From positions 42,493 through 106,492 of the forward strand of contig JAJUJM010000001.1 of the NCBI GenBank assembly GCA_029265315.1: 64,000 nucleotides of DNA. Direction: 5' to 3'. Made by a program: the position numbers and the translations under genes. The notes under the pieces are model-generated. The model saw only the letters and a list, made by a program, of their open reading frames with translations, ran no database searches and was not told the origin of the DNA. Shown in pieces: positions 53,801-64,000 of the stretch (the first letter of the stretch is position 1; each line of letters starts with the position of its first letter). This DNA is from Actinomycetota bacterium (GTDB lineage: Bacteria; Actinomycetota; Coriobacteriia; Anaerosomatales; PHET01).

Positions 53801-55414
53801 ATGACCAAGCACATCTTCGTTACCGGTGGCGTCGTAAGCTCGCTCGGCAAGGGCATCACCGCTGCCTCACTCGGTCGCCTGCTCAAGTCGCGTGGCCTCA
53901 AGGTCACGATCCAGAAGCTCGACCCGTACTTGAATGTCGACCCCGGAACCATGAGTCCGTTCCAGCATGGTGAGGTGTTCGTGACTGACGATGGGGGAGA
54001 GACCGACCTGGACCTTGGTCACTACGAGCGCTTCGTGGACGAATCGCTGTCGCGTGATTGCAACGTCACAGCCGGCTCCGTCTACCAGAACCTCATCAGC
54101 AAGGAGCGTCGGGGAGACTTCCTGGGCGGTACGGTGCAGGTGATCCCGCATGTCACGAACGAGATCAAGGAACGCATCAACCGCTTGTCCGAACAGACGA
54201 AGCCTGATGTGATCATCACCGAGGTCGGCGGCACGGTGGGCGACATCGAATCGCTGCCCTTCCTCGAGGCCATCCGCCAGATGCGCAAGGACAAGGGACG
54301 TGACAACGTCTGCTACATCCACGTCTCTCTGGTCCCGTGGATCGGGGCGTCGAGCGAGCTCAAGACCAAACCGACGCAGCACTCAGTGAAGGAGCTCAGA
54401 AGCATCGGTATCCAGCCCGACTTCATCGTCTGCCGCTCCGACCGCCCCATCGACGTGGGTATCCGCCGCAAGATAGCGCTGTTCTGCGACGTCGAGCCCG
54501 AGGCGGTCGTGTCGGCCCAGGACGCCAGAAGCATCTACGAGGTGCCCATGCGGCTGCGCGAGCAGAAGCTCGACACGATGGTCATGGACCGGCTCGCGTT
54601 GACGGCGGGAGAGCCCGACATGGCCGAGTGGGAGGCGTTCGTCGCACACTCGGCGGCGCTTCCTGATGAGGTGCGGATCGCCCTCGTGGGCAAGTACGTG
54701 GCCCTGCCTGATGCCTACCTCTCGGTCACCGAGGCCCTCGACCATGCCGGGATCTTCCACGATCACAAGGTCAGGGTGGAGTGGGTCGACGCGGAGTCGC
54801 TGACGCCCGAGGAGGTCGACACGACGTTCTCCGCGTTCGACGGCATCCTCGTGCCCGGAGGGTTCGGCATACGCGGCGTCGAGGGCAAGATCAGAGCTGC
54901 CCGCTACGCACGCGAGAACGGCGTGCCGTACTTCGGTATCTGCCTTGGCATGCAGGTCGCCGTAGCGGAGTTCGCACGCCACGTCGCGGGGCTTCCCGGA
55001 GCCAACTCCAGCGAGTTCGACCCGGTCACCGAGCATCCCGTCATAGACCTGATGCGCGACCAACAGGACATCTCCGACATGGGCGGGACGATGCGACTCG
55101 GCGCGTACCCGTGCAGGGTCACACCGGGCACCAAGGGCTGGGCGGCGTACGGCGAGGAGATCATCTACGAGCGTCACCGTCACCGCTACGAGGTGAACAA
55201 CGCCTATCGTGACCAGCTGGTTGAGGCGGGCCTGGTCATATCCGGCGTGAGTCCCGACGGGCGGCTCGTGGAGATGATCGAGTTGCCCGACCATCCGTGG
55301 TTCTTGGGCAACCAGGGCCATCCTGAGTTCAAGAGCCGCCCGACGCGTCCCGCACCCTTGTTCCGCGACTTCGTGGGTGCGGCTGTGGCGTACCGTCGCG
55401 CCCGGGGGGCGTGA
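53801..55414 (+). CDS. pyrG: CTP synthase
   Basis: ATG 53801 follows [25 protein letters not shown] is the N-terminus. The glutamine amidotransferase domain has GICLGMQ and HRHRYEVN. Confidence 0.97.
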   Translation: MTKHIFVTGGVVSSLGKGITAASLGRLLKSRGLKVTIQKLDPYLNVDPGTMSPFQHGEVFVTDDGGETDLDLGHYERFVDESLSRDCNVTAGSVYQNLISKERRGDFLGGTVQVIPHVTNEIKERINRLSEQTKPDVIITEVGGTVGDIESLPFLEAIRQMRKDKGRDNVCYIHVSLVPWIGASSELKTKPTQHSVKELRSIGIQPDFIVCRSDRPIDVGIRRKIALFCDVEPEAVVSAQDARSIYEVPMRLREQKLDTMVMDRLALTAGEPDMAEWEAFVAHSAALPDEVRIALVGKYVALPDAYLSVTEALDHAGIFHDHKVRVEWVDAESLTPEEVDTTFSAFDGILVPGGFGIRGVEGKIRAARYARENGVPYFGICLGMQVAVAEFARHVAGLPGANSSEFDPVTEHPVIDLMRDQQDISDMGGTMRLGAYPCRVTPGTKGWAAYGEEIIYERHRHRYEVNNAYRDQLVEAGLVISGVSPDGRLVEMIELPDHPWFLGNQGHPEFKSRPTRPAPLFRDFVGAAVAYRRARGA

Positions 55415-56550
55415 GTCACGTGTCGGAGCTCCCGCCGGTCGACCCTGATCGGCTGTTGGCAACGTTCCTCGACCTGGTCCGGGTGGACAGTCCTTCGGGT
55501 TCAGAGGGCGCGTGCGCCTCACGGTGTGCGGAGGCGCTCGCCGAGGCTGGCTGCGAGGTCTTCTTCGACGACAGCGCCCGCGTCACGGGATCGGATGTCG
55601 GGAACCTGATCGCCACGCTTCCCGGTACCGTGCCGGGCGTGCTGGTGTTGTCGGCCCACATGGACTGCGTCGACCCGGGGTTGGGGGTCGAACCGGTCAT
55701 CGAGGATGGTCACGTGCGCTCAGCGGGTCCGACGATCCTCGGCGCTGACGACAAGGCCGGGCTCGCAGCCGCCATCGAGTGTGTGAGGACCCTTGCGGAG
55801 TCCTCGGTCGCCCACCCGACCGTGAAGTGCGTGTTCACCGTGCAAGAGGAGGTCGGCCTGAAGGGCGCCAAGGCGCTCGACCCCTCCTCGGTCGCCGGTG
55901 ACGCCTGTCTTGTCCTGGATGCGGATGGCGCACCGGGAGGCATCGTCGTGGCCGCGCCCACGCACTACACGTTCGTCGCCGATTTCCACGGTGTCGCCGC
56001 GCACGCCGGGGTCTCTCCCGAGGACGGCCGATCGGCGATAGTCATGGCCGCAGAGGCCATCACGCGGCTGTCTGTGGGACGGGTCGACGAGCTCTCCACG
56101 GCCAACGTCGGCACGATCGAGGGTGGTTCGGCCACCAACGTGATAGCTGCGAGAGCACGGGTCACCGGGGAGTGCCGTTCCATCGACCGCGCGCGCGTCG
56201 AGGAACTGCGCGCACAGATGGAGCACACGCTGAAGTCGGCCGCACACGAGCGGGGCGGGTCATGCGACGTGCGGTGGAATCTCGAGTACGAGGGCTTCTC
56301 GCTCTCCGAGGACGCCTCCATCGTCGCGCTCGTTCGTGGCGCATGCGAGGATGTGGGCCTCGTCGCCCGCACGTTCGTGACGGGTGGCGGCAGCGATGCC
56401 AACGTGATCGCGGCCCACGGAGTGCCGACGGTGGCCCTGTCATGCGGCATGGAGGGCGTGCACGGGACTGACGAGCACATCGAGGTCTCAGCGCTCGAGT
56501 CCCTCGCACGGCTGTGTGTCGCCGTGGCTGTCCGTATGAGTGCGGGCTGA
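55411..56550 (+). CDS. M20-family metallopeptidase (peptidase T-like)
   Basis: 379 aa with [25 protein letters not shown] and the C-terminal HGTDEH, which are M20 metal-ligand motifs. Confidence 0.8.
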   Translation: MSHVSELPPVDPDRLLATFLDLVRVDSPSGSEGACASRCAEALAEAGCEVFFDDSARVTGSDVGNLIATLPGTVPGVLVLSAHMDCVDPGLGVEPVIEDGHVRSAGPTILGADDKAGLAAAIECVRTLAESSVAHPTVKCVFTVQEEVGLKGAKALDPSSVAGDACLVLDADGAPGGIVVAAPTHYTFVADFHGVAAHAGVSPEDGRSAIVMAAEAITRLSVGRVDELSTANVGTIEGGSATNVIAARARVTGECRSIDRARVEELRAQMEHTLKSAAHERGGSCDVRWNLEYEGFSLSEDASIVALVRGACEDVGLVARTFVTGGGSDANVIAAHGVPTVALSCGMEGVHGTDEHIEVSALESLARLCVAVAVRMSAG

Positions 56551-57634
56551 TCGCGTGAGACTGGTGTGGGGGACAGTAGAGGCGGTCGTCGGGGCCTACG
56601 AGGACACCCAGCGCCTCGAGGTGGCCCTCGACGACAGTTCGTCAGGCACGGCTGTGAACTACGTTGCGCTGACCGGCGAGTGCAAGGCCGGCGAGCGTGT
56701 CGTGCTCAACACCACAGCGGTCGACCTCTCGCTGGGCACTGGCGGTGCGCACTTCGTCGTGGCGCGCGCGGGAACGGGTTCGGGCGTGGTCCACGAATCT
56801 GATTCCGGCGGCCACATCATGAAGCTGCGCTATTCACCTTTGCAGGTCGATGTCCTCTCCGTCGAGTCTCAGGAATCAGTCCACCATGCGGCCATGAAGG
56901 GTTCCGATTCACTTCAGGGGACCCCGGTGGTCTGCTGCGGGCTGCACAGCCAGGTACCGTTGGTCGCAGCTGCGGTCAAGGCCACGCGCCCGGACCTTCG
57001 CGTCGCTTACTGCATGACCGACCAAGCGGCGCTGGCCTTGGGACTTTCCGACGTCATCAGGGCGAGTGTGGGGTCCGGGCTGATCGACGCCACGGTCACC
57101 TGCGGTCAGGCGTTCGGCGGGTCCTTGGAGGCCGTGAACCTGTACTCGGGCCTGCTTGCGGCGCGACACGTCGGCGACGCGGACGTGGTCGTCACCGCCA
57201 TCGGTCCCGGCGTGGTGGGTACGGCGACCCCGTTCGGTCACGGCGGGGTCTCTCAGGGTGAGGCGATCAACGCGGTCGGTGCGCTGGGGGGCACTCCAGT
57301 CGCGTGCCTGCGGGTCTCGTTCGCCGATCCGCGTCCACGCCATCGAGGGGTGAGTCATCACTCGTTGGCCGCGCTCACGCGCATCGCCTTGGCATCGGCC
57401 AGGGTGGCGGTCCCCTCGGTGCCCGCCGACATGCGCGAAGTCATCGATGACGCACTGTCGTCAGCCGGGGTCTGGGAGCGACACGAGAGGGTGCAGGCGG
57501 ACGCCGGACGTGTGCCTCCACCGCCGATGCGGGGCGTCGAGGTGACGACGATGGGCCGCGGGCTCACGGAGGACCCCGCGTTCTTCGCTGCCGCATTCGC
57601 AGCGGGCGAGGTGGCCGCGAAAGCCGCCCTCTGA
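56540..57634 (+). CDS. conserved hypothetical protein (DUF3866-like)
   Basis: 364 aa and soluble. The family name is recalled from the N-terminal pattern (GTVEAVVGAYEDTQRLEV...NYVALTGECKAGERVVLNTTA) and was not verified. The start is GTG 56540 or GTG 56555. Confidence 0.4.
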   Translation: MRADRVRLVWGTVEAVVGAYEDTQRLEVALDDSSSGTAVNYVALTGECKAGERVVLNTTAVDLSLGTGGAHFVVARAGTGSGVVHESDSGGHIMKLRYSPLQVDVLSVESQESVHHAAMKGSDSLQGTPVVCCGLHSQVPLVAAAVKATRPDLRVAYCMTDQAALALGLSDVIRASVGSGLIDATVTCGQAFGGSLEAVNLYSGLLAARHVGDADVVVTAIGPGVVGTATPFGHGGVSQGEAINAVGALGGTPVACLRVSFADPRPRHRGVSHHSLAALTRIALASARVAVPSVPADMREVIDDALSSAGVWERHERVQADAGRVPPPPMRGVEVTTMGRGLTEDPAFFAAAFAAGEVAAKAAL

Positions 57635-57689
57635 GGTCGCGTCTGCGGGTCCCGGGCTCTTGAGGGTTGGCATCACTCTGTGAAGACCG

Positions 57690-57717
57690 TTGCATCGCGG
57701 TTACGACACGTTACACT
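57690..57717 (+). promoter_or_regulatory. candidate promoter TTGCAT-N16-TACACT upstream of ald
   Basis: Hexamers lie at 57690-57695 and 57712-57717 in a relatively AT-rich 170-nt gap, which would give a ~80-nt leader. The 10-mer CGTTACACTG also occurs at 286-295. Confidence 0.4.
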
Positions 57718-57803
57718 GTGTGATGCTTGAGCCGTTCGCGGCTGCGGAAGTGTCATATCGAATAGCTTTTCGGCAACCATTTCGTCAAGGAGGTTCGAAA
57801 GCC

Positions 57804-58919
57804 GTGGTCATTGGAGTCCCCAAGGAGATCAAGAACAACGAGTTCCGTGTCGGTCTGACGCCGGGCTCGGTCAGGGAGTTCGTGTCAGCAGGTCACACGG
57901 TCCTCGTTGAGCAGTCCGCCGGCGTGGGGTCCTCATTCCCGGACGAGATGTACGTCGCCGCTGGCGCCCAGATCGTGGCCACCGCCGACGAGGTGTTCGA
58001 GCGGGCGGAGATGATCGTGAAGGTCAAGGAGCCCCAGGCGGTAGAGATCGCGCGTCTGCGTCCGGGGCAGATCCTCTACACCTACCTGCATCTGGCGCCA
58101 GACCTCCCGCAGACCGAGGGTCTCGTGAAGTCCGGCGCCGTCTGCATCGCGTACGAGACGGTCGAGCTTGCGAACGGCACGCTGCCGTTGCTCGCCCCCA
58201 TGTCCGAGGTCGCTGGACGCATGGCTGCTGTTGTCGGAGCCGAGTACCTGCAGAAGCCGCGCGGGGGCCGTGGCGTGCTCATCGGCGGTGTGCCGGGGGT
58301 GCTCCCGGCCAACGTCGTGATCCTCGGCGCGGGTGTGGTCGGCATCAACGCGCTGTACATGGCGGTCGGCATGGGAGCGAACGTGACGGTGATGGACGTC
58401 AACCTGGACCGCCTGCGCTACATCGACGAACTGTGGGGCAACCGGGTCCGCACGCTGTACAGCAATGCCCACAACATCGAGGAGGCGGTATACGCCGCAG
58501 ACCTCGTGATCGGTGCTGTGCTCCTTCCTGGGGCCCGCACTCCGTGGCTCGTGACGAAGGACATGCTGCCCAACATGAAGCCCGGCTCCGTGGTGGTGGA
58601 CGTCTCGGTGGACCAGGGAGGCTGCATCGAGACCACCAAGCCGACCACCCACGCCGACCCCACGTATTTCGTCGACGGCGTGCTGCACTACGGCGTGGCC
58701 AACATGCCGGGCGCCGTGCCCAACACATCGACGCTGGCTCTCAATAACGCGACACTTCGTTACGGTCTCGCTTTGGCGAACAAAGGGTGGAGGCAGGCCG
58801 TCATCGACGACGCCGCGCTGGCCAAGGGCGTGAACGTACTGGACGGCAAGGTGACGTACAAGCCGGTCGCTGACGCTCACGGCATGGACTACACGCCGCT
58901 TGAGGAGCTGCTCGCGTGA
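57804..58919 (+). CDS. ald: alanine dehydrogenase
   Basis: GTG 57804 follows AAGGAGG (57787-57793). [19 protein letters not shown] is the N-terminus, and the NAD site is [11 protein letters not shown]. The protein is 371 aa. The ORF-track 57690 start adds a non-homologous leader. Confidence 0.93.
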   Translation: MVIGVPKEIKNNEFRVGLTPGSVREFVSAGHTVLVEQSAGVGSSFPDEMYVAAGAQIVATADEVFERAEMIVKVKEPQAVEIARLRPGQILYTYLHLAPDLPQTEGLVKSGAVCIAYETVELANGTLPLLAPMSEVAGRMAAVVGAEYLQKPRGGRGVLIGGVPGVLPANVVILGAGVVGINALYMAVGMGANVTVMDVNLDRLRYIDELWGNRVRTLYSNAHNIEEAVYAADLVIGAVLLPGARTPWLVTKDMLPNMKPGSVVVDVSVDQGGCIETTKPTTHADPTYFVDGVLHYGVANMPGAVPNTSTLALNNATLRYGLALANKGWRQAVIDDAALAKGVNVLDGKVTYKPVADAHGMDYTPLEELLA

Positions 58920-58970
58920 GCGCGGCAGCAGGGTGCGCTCACTCATAGGCCATGCCGTATCATCCGGTAC

Positions 58971-59876
58971 GTGGAAAGACGTATCAGCGAATACCTTGGT
59001 CACCTGTCGGTAGAGCGCGGCGCGAGCGCCCACACCATCGCCGCGTACCGTCGTGACCTGACGGAGTACGTCCGTTTCCTCGCAAGCAGGGGTGTCCTGG
59101 AACCGGATGATGTCGCCAGACAGGACGTGACTGCCTATCTCGTGCACCTGCGCACACGCGGACTCGCACCGGCGTCAGTCGAACGACAGGCGGCGGCGCT
59201 GAAGGGGTTCCACCGGTTCCTCGTGAGAGAGGGCGTCACTGAGAACCATCCCACCGCGCGGCTGCCCCTGCCCAAAGTGCCTGAGCGGTTGCCAGACGTC
59301 ATCTCGATCGATGACGCCGACAGGCTGCTGTCGCAACCGTTTCCTGACGGTGCTTCAGGCTTGCGTGACCGCGCAGTCCTCGAGGTGCTCTACGGGTGCG
59401 GGTTGCGTGCGAGCGAACTGGTCGGACTCGATGTCCTCGACGTGGACCTCGAGGCCGGCGTGCTGCGTGTGACCGGCAAGGGCGACAAGCAGCGCATCGT
59501 GCCGATCGGCGGCGCGGCTTCACGCGCGTTGGATGCATACCTGCAGGCCGGCAGACCCCACCTGCGGCCGGCGCGCAGCGTGTCGGCCACCGACTCGGCC
59601 GTGTTCCTGTCAACGCGCGGCCGACGGATGTCGCGGCAGTCGCTTCACACTCTCGTTCGGACGTACGGCGAGCGCGTCGGACTCGAAGGCCTGCATCCGC
59701 ACACGCTGCGTCACTCGTTCGCGACGCACATGCTCGAGGGGGGAGCGGACCTGAGAGCGTTGCAGGACATGCTGGGTCACGCGGACATATCCACCACGCA
59801 GGTGTACACCCATGTGGACAGGCGCCACATTCGGGAAGAATACCTATCGACGCATCCTCGCGCTCGTAAGCGTTGA
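58971..59876 (+). CDS. xerD: site-specific tyrosine recombinase XerD
   Basis: 301 aa with an N-terminal SAM-like domain (LSVERGASAHTIAAYRRDL) and catalytic R...HTLRHSFATHML...GHADISTTQVYTH. Confidence 0.9.
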   Translation: MERRISEYLGHLSVERGASAHTIAAYRRDLTEYVRFLASRGVLEPDDVARQDVTAYLVHLRTRGLAPASVERQAAALKGFHRFLVREGVTENHPTARLPLPKVPERLPDVISIDDADRLLSQPFPDGASGLRDRAVLEVLYGCGLRASELVGLDVLDVDLEAGVLRVTGKGDKQRIVPIGGAASRALDAYLQAGRPHLRPARSVSATDSAVFLSTRGRRMSRQSLHTLVRTYGERVGLEGLHPHTLRHSFATHMLEGGADLRALQDMLGHADISTTQVYTHVDRRHIREEYLSTHPRARKR

Positions 59877-59965
59877 GCCGCGGTTTGCGAGTAACGTTGG
59901 GGAGCACTTCTGTGAAATCAGCGGTAGACTGCATACGCAGAGGCGTTCCGTGTATAGGGAGGGAG

Positions 59966-61045
59966 ATGTACGTGAAATCGAAGTGGAGTAGGTCGCTCGC
60001 CCTTCTGCTCGCGCTCGCACTCATCGCATCGCTTTCGGTGGGTTGCGCGGCCCCGCAGGAACCGGCCCCGCAGGAGCCCGCAGAAGAGAAGCCCACGACC
60101 GACGTGAAAGCGGCGATGGTCACCGATGTCGGCGGTCTAGGTGACAAGTCGTTCAACGACATGTCGTACGCAGGACTTCAGCGCGCCGAGTCGGAGCTGG
60201 GTGTCCAGATCGAAGTGCTTGAGTCCAAGGAACCGACCGATTACGAGAGCAACATCAACCAACTCGCGAACGCCGGCTTCAACCCGATCTTCGCGGTCGG
60301 TTTCCTCATGACCGACACGGTCATCAAGGTCGCTCCGCAGTTCCCTGACGTGAACTTCGGCGGCATCGACATCTTCTTCGAGAACCCCACGCCCAACGTG
60401 CTGGGTCTGCTGTTCAAGGAGCAAGAGGCCGGCTATCTGGCCGGAGTCGTCGCCGGCAAGCTCACCGCGATGCCCGATGTCGACCCGCGGATCAACGACA
60501 AGAAGGTCGTTGGGTTCGTGGGCGGCATGGAGATCCCGCCCGTCCAGAAGTTCGAGGCCGGGTTCATCGCCGGCGTGAAGTCGGTTCTGCCCGATGCCGA
60601 GGTCAAGAGCGTCTACACTGGTACGTTCACTGACCAGCAGAAGGGCATCGAGGCGGGCAAGAGCCTGATCGAGGGCGGCGCCGACATCATCTTCGCGGCG
60701 GCCGGAGCCACCGGTAACGGCACCGCCAAGGCGTGCAAGGACAACAAGGCCCTGTTCATCGGTGTCGATGCGGACCAGTACGAGACCATCGAGGGCATCG
60801 GTGACACGATCATCACGTCCGCGATCAAGCGTGTCGACAACGCCGTGTTCCTGACCGTCAAAGATGCCGTGGACGGCAAGCTCAAGGCCGGAGAGAACCG
60901 CGTGTTCGGACTCGCCGAGGACGGAGTGGGTCTCGCGCCGTATCACGATTGGGAGACCAAGATGCCGGCCGATGTGAAGGCCGCAGTGGACAAGGCCATC
61001 GCCGACATCAAGGCCGGTACGGTCACCGTGCCCGAGAGCAAGTAG
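59966..61045 (+). CDS. BMP-family ABC transporter substrate-binding lipoprotein (nucleoside-type)
   Basis: ATG 59966 follows GGGAGGGAG. The lipobox is LSVGC, and DVGGLGDKSFNDMSYAGL is the BMP/PnrA signature. Confidence 0.88.
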   Translation: MYVKSKWSRSLALLLALALIASLSVGCAAPQEPAPQEPAEEKPTTDVKAAMVTDVGGLGDKSFNDMSYAGLQRAESELGVQIEVLESKEPTDYESNINQLANAGFNPIFAVGFLMTDTVIKVAPQFPDVNFGGIDIFFENPTPNVLGLLFKEQEAGYLAGVVAGKLTAMPDVDPRINDKKVVGFVGGMEIPPVQKFEAGFIAGVKSVLPDAEVKSVYTGTFTDQQKGIEAGKSLIEGGADIIFAAAGATGNGTAKACKDNKALFIGVDADQYETIEGIGDTIITSAIKRVDNAVFLTVKDAVDGKLKAGENRVFGLAEDGVGLAPYHDWETKMPADVKAAVDKAIADIKAGTVTVPESK

Positions 61046-61065
61046 TCCGCCGTAGCAGCCAAAGG

Positions 61066-61119
61066 CCGCGAGAACCGGCGGGCGGGCGCTTCGTGCGTCG
61101 TCGCCCGCTGGTTCCGCGG
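61066..61119 (+). other. long GC-rich stem-loop between the binding-protein gene and the ABC ATPase gene
   Basis: CCGCGAGAACCGGCGGGCG (61066-61084) pairs with CGCCCGCTGGTTCCGCGG (61102-61119) in ~17 bp with one bulge and one G-U. No U-tract follows. Confidence 0.5.
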
Positions 61120-61142
61120 TTGAGTCCGTGCTTGGAGCACCC

Positions 61143-62747
61143 ATGACTGCCGACCCCGGTCCGGTCGTGTGCGACCTACCCGAAACGGGCCCGTCTCCTG
61201 ACCCGGTTCTCGAGCTCAGGCATATCACGAAGCGCTTCCCCGGCGTGCTCGCCAACGATGACGTGTCCATCGCGGTTGCGCCGGGCGAGGTGTTGGCGCT
61301 GCTCGGCGAGAATGGCGCTGGCAAGTCGACCCTCATGAACGTCGCCTACGGTCTACTCGCGCCCGATGCCGGCGAGGTGCTCGTCGACGGTCGCGTGGTG
61401 AGCGTTCGTGCGCCGCGTGACGCCATAGCGCTCGGTATCGGCATGGTGCACCAGCACTTCATGTTGGTGGAGCCGCTCACCGTGACGGAGAACATCGTGT
61501 TGGGTGGCGAGCCGACCTCTGCGTTCGGGGTCATCGATCGCGACGTCGCTCGGCGACGGGTCGTCGAACTGTCCGATCGCTACGGCCTGAAGGTGGAGCC
61601 GGACGCGCGCGTGCGCGACCTCTCGGTGGGCAGGCAGCAGAGAGTCGAGATCTTGAAAGCGCTCTATCGGGACGCGCGGATCCTCATACTAGACGAGCCC
61701 ACCGCTGTGCTGACACCCCAGGAGGTCAACGAGCTCTTCGACATCGTGAGAGAGCTCGTCTCCGAAGGGCTCGCCGTGGTGATCATCACTCACAAGCTCG
61801 AGGAGGTCATGGCGTTCTCGGACCGCATCGTGGTCATGCGAGCGGGCCGGGTCGTGGGCGAGACGGTTCCTTCGGCGTGCGACGAACAATCGCTCGCCCG
61901 GATGATGGTGGGTCGTGATGTCGTCCTGCGTGTCGAGAAGTCGCCGCATCAGCCCGGCTCGCCGTTGCTCGAAGTCATGAATCTGTCCGTGCTGGACGAC
62001 CGCAAGCTGCCTGCGGTGCGCGATGTGTCCCTGGTCGTGCGCGCCGGGGAGGTCGTCGGCATCGCGGGTGTGGACGGTAACGGGCAGCGTGAGCTTGTCG
62101 AAGCGATCATGGGGCTTCGCCGACCCACTCAGGGGACCATCACACTCAAGGGCCGTGACATCACTCATGACAACCCTCGCCGAACCATCGCCGCAGGGGT
62201 GAGTCATGTGCCCGAGGACCGACATCGTCGTGGCCTCGTGCTGGACTTCGACCTGGTCGAGAACGTCGCGCTGGGAGACCATCGTCGCCCTCCGTTCTCG
62301 AGGTACGGGATACTCGATCGCGCCAAACTCGAGCAGGAGGCCCGACGCCGCATCGCCGAGTACGACGTGCGCACGCCCGACGAGCACGTGGCCGCCGCGA
62401 ACCTGTCGGGCGGCAACCAGCAGAAGCTCGTCTTGGCCCGGGAGCTGGGGCGCGACCCCGATGTGCTCATCGCGGCCCAGCCCACCCGGGGGCTTGATGT
62501 CGGCGCCATCGAGTTCGTCCACCGGAGGATTCTGGCCGAGCGGGACTGCGGTAAGGGCGTGCTGCTGGTGAGCATGGAGCTAGAGGAGGTCATGTCTCTC
62601 TCCGACCGCATCCTCGTCATGTACGAAGGACGCGTCGTCGCCGAGTTCGAAGGGGGCGCGGTGACCGAAGAGGAACTGGGCGTCTTCATGACGGGCGGCG
62701 GGCGGCCGGGCGCGGAGGCGCTGGGAAGTGAGGGCACGGATGCCTGA
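61143..62747 (+). CDS. ABC transporter ATP-binding protein with duplicated NBD (sugar/nucleoside importer type)
   Basis: There are two Walker A sites (GENGAGKST, GVDGNGQRE), two signature motifs (LSVGRQQRVEI, LSGGNQQKLVL) and two Walker B sites. The start is ATG 61143 or TTG 61128. Confidence 0.9.
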   Translation: MTADPGPVVCDLPETGPSPDPVLELRHITKRFPGVLANDDVSIAVAPGEVLALLGENGAGKSTLMNVAYGLLAPDAGEVLVDGRVVSVRAPRDAIALGIGMVHQHFMLVEPLTVTENIVLGGEPTSAFGVIDRDVARRRVVELSDRYGLKVEPDARVRDLSVGRQQRVEILKALYRDARILILDEPTAVLTPQEVNELFDIVRELVSEGLAVVIITHKLEEVMAFSDRIVVMRAGRVVGETVPSACDEQSLARMMVGRDVVLRVEKSPHQPGSPLLEVMNLSVLDDRKLPAVRDVSLVVRAGEVVGIAGVDGNGQRELVEAIMGLRRPTQGTITLKGRDITHDNPRRTIAAGVSHVPEDRHRRGLVLDFDLVENVALGDHRRPPFSRYGILDRAKLEQEARRRIAEYDVRTPDEHVAAANLSGGNQQKLVLARELGRDPDVLIAAQPTRGLDVGAIEFVHRRILAERDCGKGVLLVSMELEEVMSLSDRILVMYEGRVVAEFEGGAVTEEELGVFMTGGGRPGAEALGSEGTDA

Positions 62748-63894
62748 TGCCGTGAGGGATTCGAGCGCCGACCCCGACGCACGTCGAGAAGCCGCGGAAC
62801 ACAGGTTCGCCGCTGAGCAGGAGAGAGTACGTCGTGCGATCTCGGTAGCGACGCCGTTCATCTCCGTGGCCATAGCGGTGCTTGTGGGCTCGCTCGTGAT
62901 CCTTGCAGCGGGCAAGGACCCCGTGGCGGCGTTCTCGGCGATGTTCCGTGGCTCATTCGGAGGCGTGCGTCAGATCGGTGAGACGCTTCTGAGGGCGACA
63001 CCGCTCGTCTTCACGGGGCTCGCCGTCGCCTACGGTTTTCGCAGCGGACTGTTCAACATCGGCGCTGAGGGCCAGCTCTTCATGGGCGGAATGGCCGCAG
63101 CGTGGGTGGGGGTCATGGTCGCCGGTCTGCCATGGGCGGTCTCGGTTCCGGTCATACTCGTCGCCGCGGGGCTCGCAGGGGCGGCATGGGCGTTCCTGCC
63201 GGCGCTCATGAAGGCGAGGATCGGCGCTCACGAGGTCATCACTACCATGATGTTCTCCTACATCGGTCGCTACCTGGTCTCCTGGATCATCGCCGGGCCG
63301 TTCAAGGACAAGGGTGCGATCCCCCAGACGCCCATGCTTCCCGGAACGAGTCAGCTGCCCCGTTTGAGTGACGTCTTCACGTTCATCGAACCGAACAGGG
63401 CGCATCTCGGTATCGTGCTTGGCGTGATCGCCGCCTTCGTGGTCTGGTGGATACTCAAGTACACGGTGCTCGGATTCGAGGCCCGAGCGGTCGGGTTCAA
63501 TCCCACCGCGGCGCAGACGGGAGGCATCTCGGTCGCTGCGACCACCGTGAAGTCGCTCTGCATCTCCGGAACGCTTGCGGGGCTGGCCGGTGCCGTCGAG
63601 GTCATGGGCGTACACCACCGACTCTTCGACCAGTTCTCTTCCGGCTTCGGGTTCACCGGTATCGCCGTGGCCCTCTTGGCCAAGAACAACCCGATCGGGG
63701 TGATCGCCGCAGCCGTCCTGTTCGGTGCGTTGTCCGCGGGAGCGGGTACGATGCAGCTCGACGCCGACGTGTCGCAGAAGGTCATCTCGATCATCCAGGG
63801 CGTCATCATCTTCCTTGTCGGGGCGGAGATGATCGTGACTTGGGCGGTGGGACGCTTGCGCGACCGCAAGGGGGGCGACGATGCTGCTCAGTGA
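62728..63894 (+). CDS. ABC transporter permease (BMP/nucleoside system, first permease)
   Basis: 388 aa and polytopic. It overlaps the ATPase stop. An alternative ATG is at 62740. Confidence 0.85.
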   Translation: MRARMPDAVRDSSADPDARREAAEHRFAAEQERVRRAISVATPFISVAIAVLVGSLVILAAGKDPVAAFSAMFRGSFGGVRQIGETLLRATPLVFTGLAVAYGFRSGLFNIGAEGQLFMGGMAAAWVGVMVAGLPWAVSVPVILVAAGLAGAAWAFLPALMKARIGAHEVITTMMFSYIGRYLVSWIIAGPFKDKGAIPQTPMLPGTSQLPRLSDVFTFIEPNRAHLGIVLGVIAAFVVWWILKYTVLGFEARAVGFNPTAAQTGGISVAATTVKSLCISGTLAGLAGAVEVMGVHHRLFDQFSSGFGFTGIAVALLAKNNPIGVIAAAVLFGALSAGAGTMQLDADVSQKVISIIQGVIIFLVGAEMIVTWAVGRLRDRKGGDDAAQ

Positions 63895-64000
63895 CATCAT
63901 CACGCCGGAGCTGTTCGCCTCGGCGGTGCGCCTTGCGACCCCTATCGCTTTGGCTGCGGTCGGCGCTTCGATCTGCGAGAGGTCGGGTGTCGTCAACATC
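63881..64000 (+). CDS. ABC transporter permease (second permease), 5' fragment running off the window
   Basis: ATG 63881 overlaps the upstream stop. MLLSDIITPELFASAVRLATPIALAAVGASICERSGVVNI is typical of the second BMP-system permease. Confidence 0.8.
   Translation, partial: MLLSDIITPELFASAVRLATPIALAAVGASICERSGVVNI

Noticed and set aside
58971-59876. A tyrosine recombinase as the marker of an integrated mobile element.
   Set aside because: The sequence and context (ald-xerD in a housekeeping array, no flanking tRNA, direct repeats, or phage/plasmid genes) fit the chromosomal dimer-resolution recombinase XerD rather than an integrase.

Overview
This is a GC-rich window (roughly two-thirds G+C by eye, not computed) with very dense coding. 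I call 61 CDS, 59 of them on the + strand, many joined by ATGA/GTGA-type start/stop overlaps. I could not recognise any tRNA, rRNA, CRISPR array, transposase or prophage gene. Most of the window is housekeeping backbone. The gene order mixes a Bacillus/Clostridium-like arrangement (aspS-rarA ... alaS-ruvX-mltG ... yqeG-aroE ... aroC-aroK-aroB-aroQ-pepP-efp-[carboxylase pair]-asp23-nusB-xseB-dxs-tlyA-nadK-recN) with an Actinomycetota-like arrangement (recN-steA-steB ... murJ ... pyrG ... ald-xerD). That fits a deep-branching high-GC monoderm, though the taxon cannot be fixed from sequence alone. The non-backbone part is an ~18 kb type IV pilus locus (13248-31044) lying between aroE and aroC. 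It holds two full-length PilB-type ATPases, PilC, a major pilin with its own terminator, the prepilin peptidase PilD, three minor-pilin-like proteins (two very large), PilM/N/O and a small PilP-position protein. There is no secretin and no PilT in the window. The main candidate for a previously undescribed system is a four-gene module (15092-19876) nested between the two pilB paralogs. It consists of a Roadblock/LC7 protein, a 709-aa DUF4388/PATAN protein carrying two MshEN-like (c-di-GMP-receptor-type) motifs plus a long acidic repeat tail, a 175-aa MglA/CvnD-type small GTPase, and a translationally coupled membrane-anchored proline-rich protein. I read this as a conservon-like or MglAB-like GTPase switch, possibly c-di-GMP responsive, dedicated to the pilus motors. 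That reading is inference and needs experiment. Smaller observations are a two-subunit pyruvate-carboxylase-type pair in the slot where Firmicutes carry accB-accC, an xseB with no adjacent xseA and a repeat-expanded tail, an anti-sigma factor lacking kinase motifs, recurrent AT-rich -10-like motifs, a tandem 15-mer upstream of pyrG, and a minus-strand murJ/GT2 pair facing two unusual envelope membrane proteins.
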